From positions 1-24,626 of the IMG/VR virus record IMGVR_UViG_3300025035_000013: 24,626 nucleotides of DNA. One strand, given 5' to 3'. Position numbers and translations under genes: made by a program. Source of the DNA: a virus. The notes beneath the pieces were generated by a model. It was given only the letters and a program-made list of their open reading frames with translations, made no database searches and had not been told where the DNA came from. Below, piece after piece: positions 14,401 to 21,791 of the stretch. Each line of letters begins with the position of its first letter. Position 1 is the first letter of the stretch.

Positions 14401-16418
14401 CCAGAGCCGTTACCATTAATATCAGCAGTTGCAGTTTGATAATAATTACCTGCTGATATTAATTTGGTATTAAGCAATCTAAAATCTAGTGATACCGTAG
14501 CATCTTCGCCGATGCCCGTTTTCGTTATTAATTTATTATCAAAGCAAGATGGCAGTGTATTATATTCTCCTCTATCAATTATAGAGAGACCGGTAATAGT
14601 ACCAGTATTATCAGTCGTATTTTGAATTTTTGGCGTAGCCACAAAACCAGTGCTAAATTTCTCTTTAATTAATACAGTAGTTGTTGTATAACCAGACCCT
14701 CCGCTAAGTAACGTTATACCTGTTATAGTACCAGAGGATAAAATAGGTACCGCCGAGGCGCCGACACCGTCTCCAAGAATCTCAACTTCCGGATTAATAT
14801 AATTCACCCCAACATTGCTTTGAGTAAATGATATAACAGCACCAGCAGATAAGTTTGCTGTATAGGATGCACCATATCCATTCACTATTACCTTCAAGTC
14901 CTTAGATGATATAGTTGGAGTGGATGTGATTGTTATATCTGATATACCATTAGTAGTATTAAATGTAGGAGTAGCAACAAATCCAGCAATTTTAGCCAAG
15001 GTAACAGAATCGATTAATTCAATCTTTGAGTATTTCGGATAATTCGAGCCAGTGTTGACAATCTTAATGCCCTTAAACAACCATGCTGCATTTATACTTG
15101 ATACTAGGAATTTGGCAGGCGGAGTTCCTTCTTTTCTATTTCCTCCAAGTATTTGCAATTCATCTCCAACAGCATAACCATAACCACCATCAGTAATCGA
15201 GAACGCATTTAATTCTGTAGTAACTGCAATATCACCACCAATACCATCAATCTTATCGACTGAGGCAATGAATCCAGCCCCATTTGATGCATCATTGAGG
15301 ACTGTCAAGTTATCACCAACTGAATATCCGTATCCCTTTTTGATAATATCTACAGTATCGATACCACCTGCTCCAATATCAGAGACGACAGCATCTACAT
15401 TAAGTCCTGAACCTGCCAAAAATGTGATATTATCCCCAGGTGTGTATAATGCCCCGCTATTATCAAACGATATTCCTACCACTGATTTTGATACAATACC
15501 ATGCTCATACTCATCTTTAGTATATAAACTATTTTCAATCATTGCAGGGATGATATACAAATCATCCGTTCCCAAAGTACCAGTGACTGCAGTCACTTTA
15601 ACTCTGATGCGTGATTTATCATTATCAGTCACCCTAGATATAAGTGTCTCGATAATTGCTCTGAAATCTGAATTTAATTGTTTAACAATTAATGTATCAT
15701 ACGGTCTAGCCTCTTCAGTCAATGCTGAAAACTCTAATATATCACCAAAAAGACTTATTGGTTTGTAATATTCTTCGATATATTGTAAAGATAAGTCGAT
15801 GTTATTATGCAATGCCCTAACGGAGCCGGCGACTTCAAATCTACCCATGACACTTTTATCATTAAGTTTTAACCAATTTAAAGTCGTACCGTTATAAGTA
15901 GTGGTGACACAGCTCTCTATAATAGCAGACGCTGGGGTTGGATATGTTTGTTCAATTTCAGAATCATCTACAAGCGACCAAGGACTGTCAGATTCAATTA
16001 CAACGGATGCTCTGCGAGAATATTCATTATCAGATGCTCTGAATAATTTGTCAGAATTCCAGTCCACTTGAATAATTTCGCCATATATAGCATTCATAAT
16101 AAATTCAAAGGACTCTAAACTCCCCTTTGATTTTAAAAATTCTGTTATATGTTTAGTCATTAAAATCTTATCCGCAGCCGAGGTGGACGGTATGACATGA
16201 TATAGCGATGCAGCTAAATGTTCTCTGAATGCGTCAGTAGTTAAATCAATGTCTCTATATTGTAGTATATTACGGATGAAGTCAGTCGGTTGTCCTTTTT
16301 GAATCAACCAATCATAATAGTGCTTTAGGAGAGCAACAAATTTAGCATTCTCTGGCTGTCTGGCTATAACAGGAATCTGTGCCTCGATTACATCAGGTAT
16401 TGTTGGTACTTCAATCAT
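11406..16418 (-). CDS. gp7: Baseplate wedge initiator gp7-like protein (1670 aa)
   Basis: N-terminal QIP...KFVALLKHYYDWL...KHITEFLKSKGSLESFEFIMNAIYGE and conserved DNNRYQDYAYVVK...TTVHPAGFSLFG, with many IxxxGxGY repeats between. ATGA overlap with gp6, lying between gp6 and gp8. Confidence 0.85.
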   Translation of the reverse strand: MIEVPTIPDVIEAQIPVIARQPENAKFVALLKHYYDWLIQKGQPTDFIRNILQYRDIDLTTDAFREHLAASLYHVIPSTSAADKILMTKHITEFLKSKGSLESFEFIMNAIYGEIIQVDWNSDKLFRASDNEYSRRASVVIESDSPWSLVDDSEIEQTYPTPASAIIESCVTTTYNGTTLNWLKLNDKSVMGRFEVAGSVRALHNNIDLSLQYIEEYYKPISLFGDILEFSALTEEARPYDTLIVKQLNSDFRAIIETLISRVTDNDKSRIRVKVTAVTGTLGTDDLYIIPAMIENSLYTKDEYEHGIVSKSVVGISFDNSGALYTPGDNITFLAGSGLNVDAVVSDIGAGGIDTVDIIKKGYGYSVGDNLTVLNDASNGAGFIASVDKIDGIGGDIAVTTELNAFSITDGGYGYAVGDELQILGGNRKEGTPPAKFLVSSINAAWLFKGIKIVNTGSNYPKYSKIELIDSVTLAKIAGFVATPTFNTTNGISDITITSTPTISSKDLKVIVNGYGASYTANLSAGAVISFTQSNVGVNYINPEVEILGDGVGASAVPILSSGTITGITLLSGGSGYTTTTVLIKEKFSTGFVATPKIQNTTDNTGTITGLSIIDRGEYNTLPSCFDNKLITKTGIGEDATVSLDFRLLNTKLISAGNYYQTATADINGNGSGAVFNPILRDGSIGSFNIVSGGSGYTYAYITIGDGFDFVGSVNITGGVITGITIYKSGWGYNTTSSVNIIGDGINADINLLGAGNIKNGVLKELVVVSGGTGYFYGTSISAPTSQPGAIAAILTPIIVNGEIKSISSTEGEGYISTDMDNIILDAGISALMTLSVSGTGKLVSYDITSGGEGYYSQSEVTPVSISASIGTGAVLLPTIDAAGKIIAVQVHAGGQGYTGGTILSVAGGGGSGAILKPLIYQNKITDVIIENSGAGYKYGTSAFVVGDGMNANITPVVETGITSADVISGGVDYINGSTVINITDPTGTGAEIQPIIVDNTIVSLEIINKGTGYTNPVLSATIGSGATLIAKAPRNIIDFTVVDAGTGYTYADLILLGDGSINADVRLKFDKLGSIDSVITTNYGTGYTITPVVSITDTSGYGAVSKIAIKSLGGGYTVPPILILENKYDEFGNLTASGTKFSSHGKNIGSIKGISFTDNGAAYDDLPIPIFPVVATLAENAAFISGETVKVYSNLYRDISASFGALLESGDNILLESGDTLGLDVLDSSFDNGTTAKVISVDYEKNIIKLDVTSDAFFITSEQLDKLVITEDDIDIVHQLSASLDIGDVLIGEKSNAHATISYMNRASGATIAGGNGWGDFKFKSNVGKLNDKLSVLADNNRYQDYAYVVKAGRALKDYEVLLRTTVHPAGFSLFGDVVTQTLTESNILNEIGYNSTVSILFIYSIYAMYQESTIGQEWSAIDDLFGDFTKFRYVDMPISLVKDFTTRQTSKTLYRIVDEYAAPPIVTADLSKWTLADNIQVIKNHSSGPSGKLDMYKLSDLYSANVASIYNIVPVAADGRTYAFECMIKKQVNPLTYPKFELKDYISGGDIYTLVLNTESGEYKTDGTGLTTVLSVGDFWFVRMIPAVVAPGANICAKIIPAASYIDAFVNSPWANDITAIGSIDISAVVLKDITGVATHTGYIRAINNEYAGAMFYLTPTETDLIIQ

Positions 16419-18175
16419 TGAACTGTGTCCTTAATTGCTTTGATTTTAATATTTTGCTGAGTTAAAGTCAGTATAATATTTTGAGTGGAATAAATATCTA
16501 ACGTAGCCGGCTTTACTGATAGCTTAAATTTTAAATCATCTACACTTGACATTGTTATGTTATTCATAACAACTTCACCTGTCACGTAATTTATTGTACC
16601 TACATTTGCCTTGTATATTACATTCTTACCATTAATAGAATAATACTCATGTATCTTGCCGTTGTCGTCAAGCAAGAATAATTTATTTGGTAATATACCA
16701 TCATTAAATTTTGTACTCTTAAAGGATCCTTTTACTATCTGATTAGCATAAGTGAATACAAAATTATTTGGTTCATACAGATTTGGTCTAACTTCTTTAT
16801 TCAATGATACCACAGTTTCATTGCTGTATATAGAATAATCAGCAGAATCGATAAGTGATACAAGATTAGAATATCTAAAAACTCCCTTAAATTTATTAAT
16901 TGAGTCTCCTGCATAATCTGTTATAATTGCTTTTACTAGATATTCTAATTCATAAGGAGTCAATTGTAAATTAGACACAGAATATTTTATAATAGAGTCC
17001 ACTTCGATATTGATGTATTCCGGGTCAATAAAATCAATCTTGATATTACCTACTCCCTTTCGCATCAAAAAGTCAGATACTAAACTCTTATTTGCTGTAC
17101 TTAATACTGCTCCTACTCTCGGTTTAACACAAAGCACTACTCGGCCAAATCTAGGTGGCATCGTCGTTGCACCATCCCATGCTAATACTTCTCTTATTTG
17201 TTCGAAATTTTGTTGAGCGAGGGCAGCATAATCTTCAGCAACTACCGCTCTATTCTGTGTGGAATATATATTTTTAGCATTCAATTTTACAGATTCAATC
17301 GATTCTTCTAACAATCCGCCAGAAGACGGAGATTGTACAGATGCTGTGACGATGGTATTAGAACCTACTCCTGTTATATTTGATGATAATGAAAATACCG
17401 ATGCTCCATTTGCAACGGCGCCGGATGTTACTACATATGTCATACGAATTTGCGAACCATCTATTGGTTTCTTACCTAGAACACCATCGCCAAAATAAAT
17501 TTCATATCCATTAAATCCTTCTTGAATCATATACACTTTAGAGGTAGAAGTGACAGATAAGAATGACGTCGGTAGAGTCCATTCTACCCACTGGCTGTCT
17601 TCATATAATTCTACTCGAAGGGTAGTAGTATCAACATCGATGTTAGGTATAGTTATAGTAGAATCAGTAGCATCGTATGTGCTTATGTTCTGTGTCAGTA
17701 CTCCCTCATACACATTTACCGTGCCAACAAATACTGGTAATCCTAACTCAATCTGTTTATCTAATATCGCAGTATCTTTTGTAGTAAAGGTGAATATCTC
17801 CTCGTTTACTTTAGTTGTAAATCTAGTACCTCGTGGTACTAGGACTGATGGAGTCGATTCTGCATTTAACAAATTGTCAATATGAACGGTTAAAATAGCG
17901 GAGGATGCTCGACGACTTCTACTATTATATCCCAGTTCCTTTGCGCGCGAGATAACAGAACTTCTTTTGGTAGCGGTATCTAGGAAAACCTCATTAGCGA
18001 GGAAATTGGCAGCCAGCGCATCATAATGAGCATTATATGCTAATATGTTCAACAGTTGAGATATATTAGAACCTTCAAAATTATAATCTGTGAACTCTGT
18101 TTGCTGAGACAGATAATTTTTAAGAGAATCTTTTATGTCTTGAAAATCAAGTTTCCCTATACGTATCTTTTGCAT
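16415..18175 (-). CDS. gp6: Baseplate wedge subunit gp6
   Basis: LDFQDIKDSLKNYLSQQTEFTDYNFEGSNISQLLNILAYN...NEVFLDTATKRSSVISRAKELGY, YEIYFGDGVLGK, ESIESVKLNA..YSTQNRAVVAEDY and GTINYVTGEV. SD TAAGGT. Confidence 0.96.
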   Translation of the reverse strand: MQKIRIGKLDFQDIKDSLKNYLSQQTEFTDYNFEGSNISQLLNILAYNAHYDALAANFLANEVFLDTATKRSSVISRAKELGYNSRSRRASSAILTVHIDNLLNAESTPSVLVPRGTRFTTKVNEEIFTFTTKDTAILDKQIELGLPVFVGTVNVYEGVLTQNISTYDATDSTITIPNIDVDTTTLRVELYEDSQWVEWTLPTSFLSVTSTSKVYMIQEGFNGYEIYFGDGVLGKKPIDGSQIRMTYVVTSGAVANGASVFSLSSNITGVGSNTIVTASVQSPSSGGLLEESIESVKLNAKNIYSTQNRAVVAEDYAALAQQNFEQIREVLAWDGATTMPPRFGRVVLCVKPRVGAVLSTANKSLVSDFLMRKGVGNIKIDFIDPEYINIEVDSIIKYSVSNLQLTPYELEYLVKAIITDYAGDSINKFKGVFRYSNLVSLIDSADYSIYSNETVVSLNKEVRPNLYEPNNFVFTYANQIVKGSFKSTKFNDGILPNKLFLLDDNGKIHEYYSINGKNVIYKANVGTINYVTGEVVMNNITMSSVDDLKFKLSVKPATLDIYSTQNIILTLTQQNIKIKAIKDTVQ

Positions 18176-18181
18176 AATACC

Positions 18182-18559
18182 TTACCTTAGTCGTTCAAAT
18201 GTGAAATTTAATGTCTGTTGATTAGGATTACCAACAACATGGAACAATATACCAATATTTAAATAGTTGTTTTCTCCTTCGCCTACATATATATCTTCTA
18301 TGGCTGCTCTCGGTTCTAATTCTTCCATTGACAATAAAATCTTTTGTTTTATAATAGCGGTACTTGGAGGGGTGAGTTGGTCAAAGAGTATACTTCTTAT
18401 ATCAGCACCACGAACCGTATTGAACGGCGAAGAATATGGGCCACTGAATAATATATTTTTCATTGATTGCTTGACAGCATCAACATCTGAAATTTTCAGT
18501 ATATCTTTAGTGAATGGATGTGCTTGGAGTGATAAGCTTAAATCGGTATAAGTTGCCAT
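18182..18559 (-). CDS. gp25: Baseplate wedge subunit gp25 (GPW/gp25 family, 125 aa)
   Basis: YTDLSLSLQAHPFTKDI...DVDAVKQSMKNIL...PF...GADIRSILFD...EPRA...FERLR. Start moved from the track's GTG at 18586 to the ATG at 18559 (MATYTDL), because the GTG abuts the late-promoter box. Confidence 0.93.
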   Translation of the reverse strand: MATYTDLSLSLQAHPFTKDILKISDVDAVKQSMKNILFSGPYSSPFNTVRGADIRSILFDQLTPPSTAIIKQKILLSMEELEPRAAIEDIYVGEGENNYLNIGILFHVVGNPNQQTLNFTFERLR

Positions 18560-18586
18560 GATACTCGTAATGATGATATATGGCAC

Positions 18587-18593
18587 TATTTAT
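18587..18593 (-). promoter_or_regulatory. T4-like late promoter box ATAAATA
   Basis: CGATAAATAG just after the stop of the 49-aa ORF and about 28 nt upstream of the gp25 ATG. Confidence 0.65.
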
Positions 18594-18596
18594 CGA

Positions 18597-18746
18597 TTAC
18601 TGTCTAGGGTCTTTTTTCCCTCTTTTGACGTCTTCTTTGAAATGAGTACTCAGAGGTGACTTCTTTTTACGAGTTTCTTTCCTAGGAAAAAAGATATACA
18701 ACAATACAAGGACATTAAGTATGAACAAAACAATCAGCTCAGTCAT
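18597..18746 (-). CDS. Unannotated 49-aa single-pass membrane protein with basic C-tail (holin-like candidate)
   Basis: Hand translation MTELIVLFILNVLVLLYIFFPRKETRKKKSPLSTHFKEDVKRGKKDPRQ*. Its ATG overlaps the upstream TGA (ATGA at 18743-18746) and it almost fills the gap to the gp25 promoter. Confidence 0.72.
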   Translation of the reverse strand: MTELIVLFILNVLVLLYIFFPRKETRKKKSPLSTHFKEDVKRGKKDPRQ

Positions 18747-19162
18747 GCTATTTTTATAGTTACTTTTTCTTTATTTTTAATAGCAGTGCTAATCATTGGT
18801 TGCAATTTCTTCATAGCAATAACACTATCGCCTACTGATATGATTCTGTTTTTCATGCCAACCAATATACACCCCTCAGTGTCGTCATGTGTATTACCAG
18901 CATGTATTCTGATACCAGCAAATCCTTCGACCTTCAGTAATTCAGGTAACAATTTTTTGAATCTATTAGACCTAGTTATGAGTACTTCATATTCTCCTCT
19001 AGGTATAGCAGTCTTGGCAGGAATCTTCCAGTCTTTAACTGGTACACCATCAACTTCTCTCACCGTGTCTTCTAATGTGTAACACAGGAATTTACCATTT
19101 ACCGATAATGTTCCTATTGTACATAATGGATATAAATCAATTCTTTTTAATTCAAGTAACAT
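18743..19162 (-). CDS. DUF5675-family protein (L,D-transpeptidase-like His/Cys motif; putative cell-wall enzyme)
   Basis: TIGTL...FLCYTLED...KIPAKTAIPRGEY...SNRFKKLLPELL.V.GFAGIRIHAGNTHDDTEGCILVG. SD AAGGT. Confidence 0.82.
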   Translation of the reverse strand: MLLELKRIDLYPLCTIGTLSVNGKFLCYTLEDTVREVDGVPVKDWKIPAKTAIPRGEYEVLITRSNRFKKLLPELLKVEGFAGIRIHAGNTHDDTEGCILVGMKNRIISVGDSVIAMKKLQPMISTAIKNKEKVTIKIA

Positions 19163-19230
19163 ATTTAATACCTTATAAAATCTTTATTTAATAGTAGAAT
19201 ATCATCGAGGCACAGTCTAATTTTGAACGG

Positions 19231-19248
19231 TTGTCAAGAATTTGTCAA
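19231..19248. promoter_or_regulatory. Tandem TTGACAA direct repeat with 11-bp period; possible sigma70 -35 element or winged-helix regulator site
   Basis: Plus strand TTGTCAA-GAAT-TTGTCAA in the 100-nt gap upstream of the DUF5675 gene. On the minus strand TTGACA (19248-19243) is followed 17 nt later by CAAAAT (4/6 match to the -10 box). Confidence 0.35.
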
Positions 19249-19262
19249 CTATTTCGTAACTT

Positions 19263-19469
19263 TTATGCCACTTTGCCTGTTATGATACCAGCACCAGCAG
19301 AGCCACTATCAGTTGATATTGGTACCAATTCTGAATTCGCCTGTATTTCATTTATTATACCGGTAGATAGTGCTAACAAGAAAGCATCGAATATGTCTTT
19401 ATTTACTTCCGGTTGTATCGGCAATGCTGCTATCATCTTATCTGCCATTCCTTGTGCTGTCATTGCCAT
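19263..19469 (-). CDS. Small spike-associated protein (68 aa) in the gp5.4/PAAR position
   Basis: Strong SD GAGGT inside the gp5 3' end and ATG 3 nt after the gp5 stop. Two amphipathic helices followed by a Gly-rich tail (DSGSAGAGIITGKV). No PAAR motif and no Cys or His. Confidence 0.8.
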   Translation of the reverse strand: MAMTAQGMADKMIAALPIQPEVNKDIFDAFLLALSTGIINEIQANSELVPISTDSGSAGAGIITGKVA

Positions 19470-19472
19470 ATG

Positions 19473-21791
19473 TCAAACCTCTGTCAATAATATTAGACCG
19501 TTATCATATTTTTTATCATTATTTATTGTCATGACATTCCTTCTATTATTACTTTTATTGTAGGATATATGAATCCAGACAGAACCCCCATTTCGATATT
19601 CGAGCAACAATTGGTCAAATAAAATATTGTCCTTTATCCACTTTGCATTTTGAAAGAATCGTTGTCTATCATCTGGTAGACCTCTTATTAGAGAGAATGA
19701 TATATCAGCCGCCATACCAAGTTCATGTTGTGAAATTCTATCAGGATTTGAATATGGATTGCCAGAAGGTCTGACAACTGAATTTAATTTAAAACCAACA
19801 CTACTAAATTGCTTTCTTATGGGTTCTAGACAATTAAGGCAAAGTAACTGAGCGTTTACTGCTATATCCCTTGCTGTTAAACCATGTTGTCCCTGGAATG
19901 GAAAGTTACTTCCTAGACTCCCCACAGCAACATCTCTGACTTTAAAGTTTGCTGATAATATCGTATTGTATGTTATTAAATCTGGTAAGGAATATATACT
20001 TGTTATTTTGCTTGGTGTATGAGTCGATGCAGTTTTATCTGCATCAATTTTTTTCAATTTTTTGTCATATCCAGCTAATATTTTGGACGCTTCAGTATCT
20101 TCGAGTTCTATTCCTTGCATTTCTTTTCTGGTAATAGGTGCAGGTAATTTTATTGTCGGTGACCATGTATTTACACCAGATACGCTTTCATAACTATTAG
20201 TATGCTTTGAAAATACAATATCACCTGTGGATGGATTCTGTAATATGTTATTTGCATCCAATTCTAATATAGGAGAGGTGACTTTAGATGTCGAACTTCC
20301 ACCTATCTCGAATGCACCGGAATTTACTCTGAAAGTACCTGCTACATCTAAATTATAATCGCCTGCTACCTTAATATTAGCATCACCGCTAATTTCAACA
20401 TGCATCGCTCTAGTTACCTTAAGAGACATATCTCCGTCTATAGTAACATGCCCGGAACCTTTGATGTACACAAGTTCATCTTTATCTACTATGATAGTGC
20501 GAGTGCCGACAGTGCGGTCTACCTGGTTTCCCTCATTATCAATCTCGAAGAATGTACCTGTATTATGAGCAATGTGTATTCTTTCTGCCCCAGTAGTATC
20601 ATCAAACTCCATCACATGACCGGACTCGCTCTGATATACATGATTTTTTGGATACATTGCATTATATGGCTGCGGTGGTTGTTTCCATTTGATTGTACTA
20701 TTGGCTATAGCTATATTCTTTACTGCCATTTGCTCTTTGAGCCCAAGTATAGTCTGGGTTGCTTTGATTCCTGTCGCCAATCTGGGTGTGTCAGACTCTT
20801 TCTCATGGGACAACAGTGGATATGTCCCATTTGGGTCTTTAAACCCTTGATTATTAAGGGGAATTTCAATCGGTTTTACGTCAAATTTGCTTTTTGATGG
20901 GTAGACATCTTCATCATTATTATCTGTTGCAGTATTGTTGATATTTTCTAGCGACGGTACTTCTTCCGTATATACACCCTGTATTAGTTTATATCCTTCT
21001 CTATAGAAATTAAGACTATTTTCATTCAAATAATTATTACTGTCTTCGCCGTTATACACAAGAGCATATGCACCTTCTATCCCGTTGACATGAGCTGCCA
21101 ATAGCACACCAGATACCTTTTCTTTTGGGGTATATGATGTTATTACTTGGGTTTGCATTAATGCAACATAATATAATTTCAGCAGAATCTCCTCTGCATC
21201 ATATTGCTCGTTTGGTGTATTTAAATATTGCTCGTTGCTTTTTATACCGTTTTTACCGACCCATTCATTATTGTGTATATATCCCAATATTTCGAGTTCT
21301 GTGAGAGTATGTTGATACCGGCCTACACCGAACTCTGTTGTTTTTGGGCTATTGTTTACTCTCAACTCTCCCAGTTTAGCGATTATATTTTTTACATCAT
21401 TATGGGACAGAGGCCCTATATAATCAGCATTCGGTTCTTCAGGAGGAGTGGGTCTGGGTAATATAGCTAATTCAGATTCAATGCTGGAGTATAACTCATT
21501 GCCTGTTAACTCTGCTCGAGGCACACCACCGAGTGCACCTAAGATGAAAGGAATTTGTTTATCCTCATCTAAAAACATTATTGCAACAGTTGAACCGTTG
21601 AGATACCCATTTGCAGATGTGCCTATACCACTCATGGCAGCCGAATTATTTTGAACACAGGTCGACCATGGCAAATCTTCTGTTGGCAATATAGACTTAT
21701 CTGGCTGATGTACCCCTATAATCCTTACCTTGTATCTTGTTGCCCTAAATGGGTCACTTGAACTGTCTTCTATTTTGCCTATATAAATCAT
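19473..21791 (-). CDS. gp5: Baseplate hub spike gp5: OB-fold + lysozyme-like domain + beta-helix + C-terminal M15 Zn-peptidase (772 aa)
   Basis: OB domain GKIEDSSSDP...KVRIIGVH...LPTEDLPW...SAAMSGIG...FLD.DKQIPFILG; YPKNHVYQSESGHVMEFDDTTGAERIHIAHNTGTFFEI followed by 8-residue VxGD-type repeats; C-terminal LEPIR...NSVVR...SQHELGMAAD...FDQLLLEY...WIHISY. Confidence 0.93.
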   Translation of the reverse strand: MIYIGKIEDSSSDPFRATRYKVRIIGVHQPDKSILPTEDLPWSTCVQNNSAAMSGIGTSANGYLNGSTVAIMFLDEDKQIPFILGALGGVPRAELTGNELYSSIESELAILPRPTPPEEPNADYIGPLSHNDVKNIIAKLGELRVNNSPKTTEFGVGRYQHTLTELEILGYIHNNEWVGKNGIKSNEQYLNTPNEQYDAEEILLKLYYVALMQTQVITSYTPKEKVSGVLLAAHVNGIEGAYALVYNGEDSNNYLNENSLNFYREGYKLIQGVYTEEVPSLENINNTATDNNDEDVYPSKSKFDVKPIEIPLNNQGFKDPNGTYPLLSHEKESDTPRLATGIKATQTILGLKEQMAVKNIAIANSTIKWKQPPQPYNAMYPKNHVYQSESGHVMEFDDTTGAERIHIAHNTGTFFEIDNEGNQVDRTVGTRTIIVDKDELVYIKGSGHVTIDGDMSLKVTRAMHVEISGDANIKVAGDYNLDVAGTFRVNSGAFEIGGSSTSKVTSPILELDANNILQNPSTGDIVFSKHTNSYESVSGVNTWSPTIKLPAPITRKEMQGIELEDTEASKILAGYDKKLKKIDADKTASTHTPSKITSIYSLPDLITYNTILSANFKVRDVAVGSLGSNFPFQGQHGLTARDIAVNAQLLCLNCLEPIRKQFSSVGFKLNSVVRPSGNPYSNPDRISQHELGMAADISFSLIRGLPDDRQRFFQNAKWIKDNILFDQLLLEYRNGGSVWIHISYNKSNNRRNVMTINNDKKYDNGLILLTEV

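Noticed and set aside
18560-18586. N-terminal extension of gp25 from the GTG at 18586
   Set aside because: It abuts the late-promoter box, leaving no room for a leader; family similarity begins at MATYTDL.
19163-19262. Rho-independent terminator or ncRNA in the largest intergenic gap
   Set aside because: No convincing GC-rich stem followed by a U-tract on either strand.
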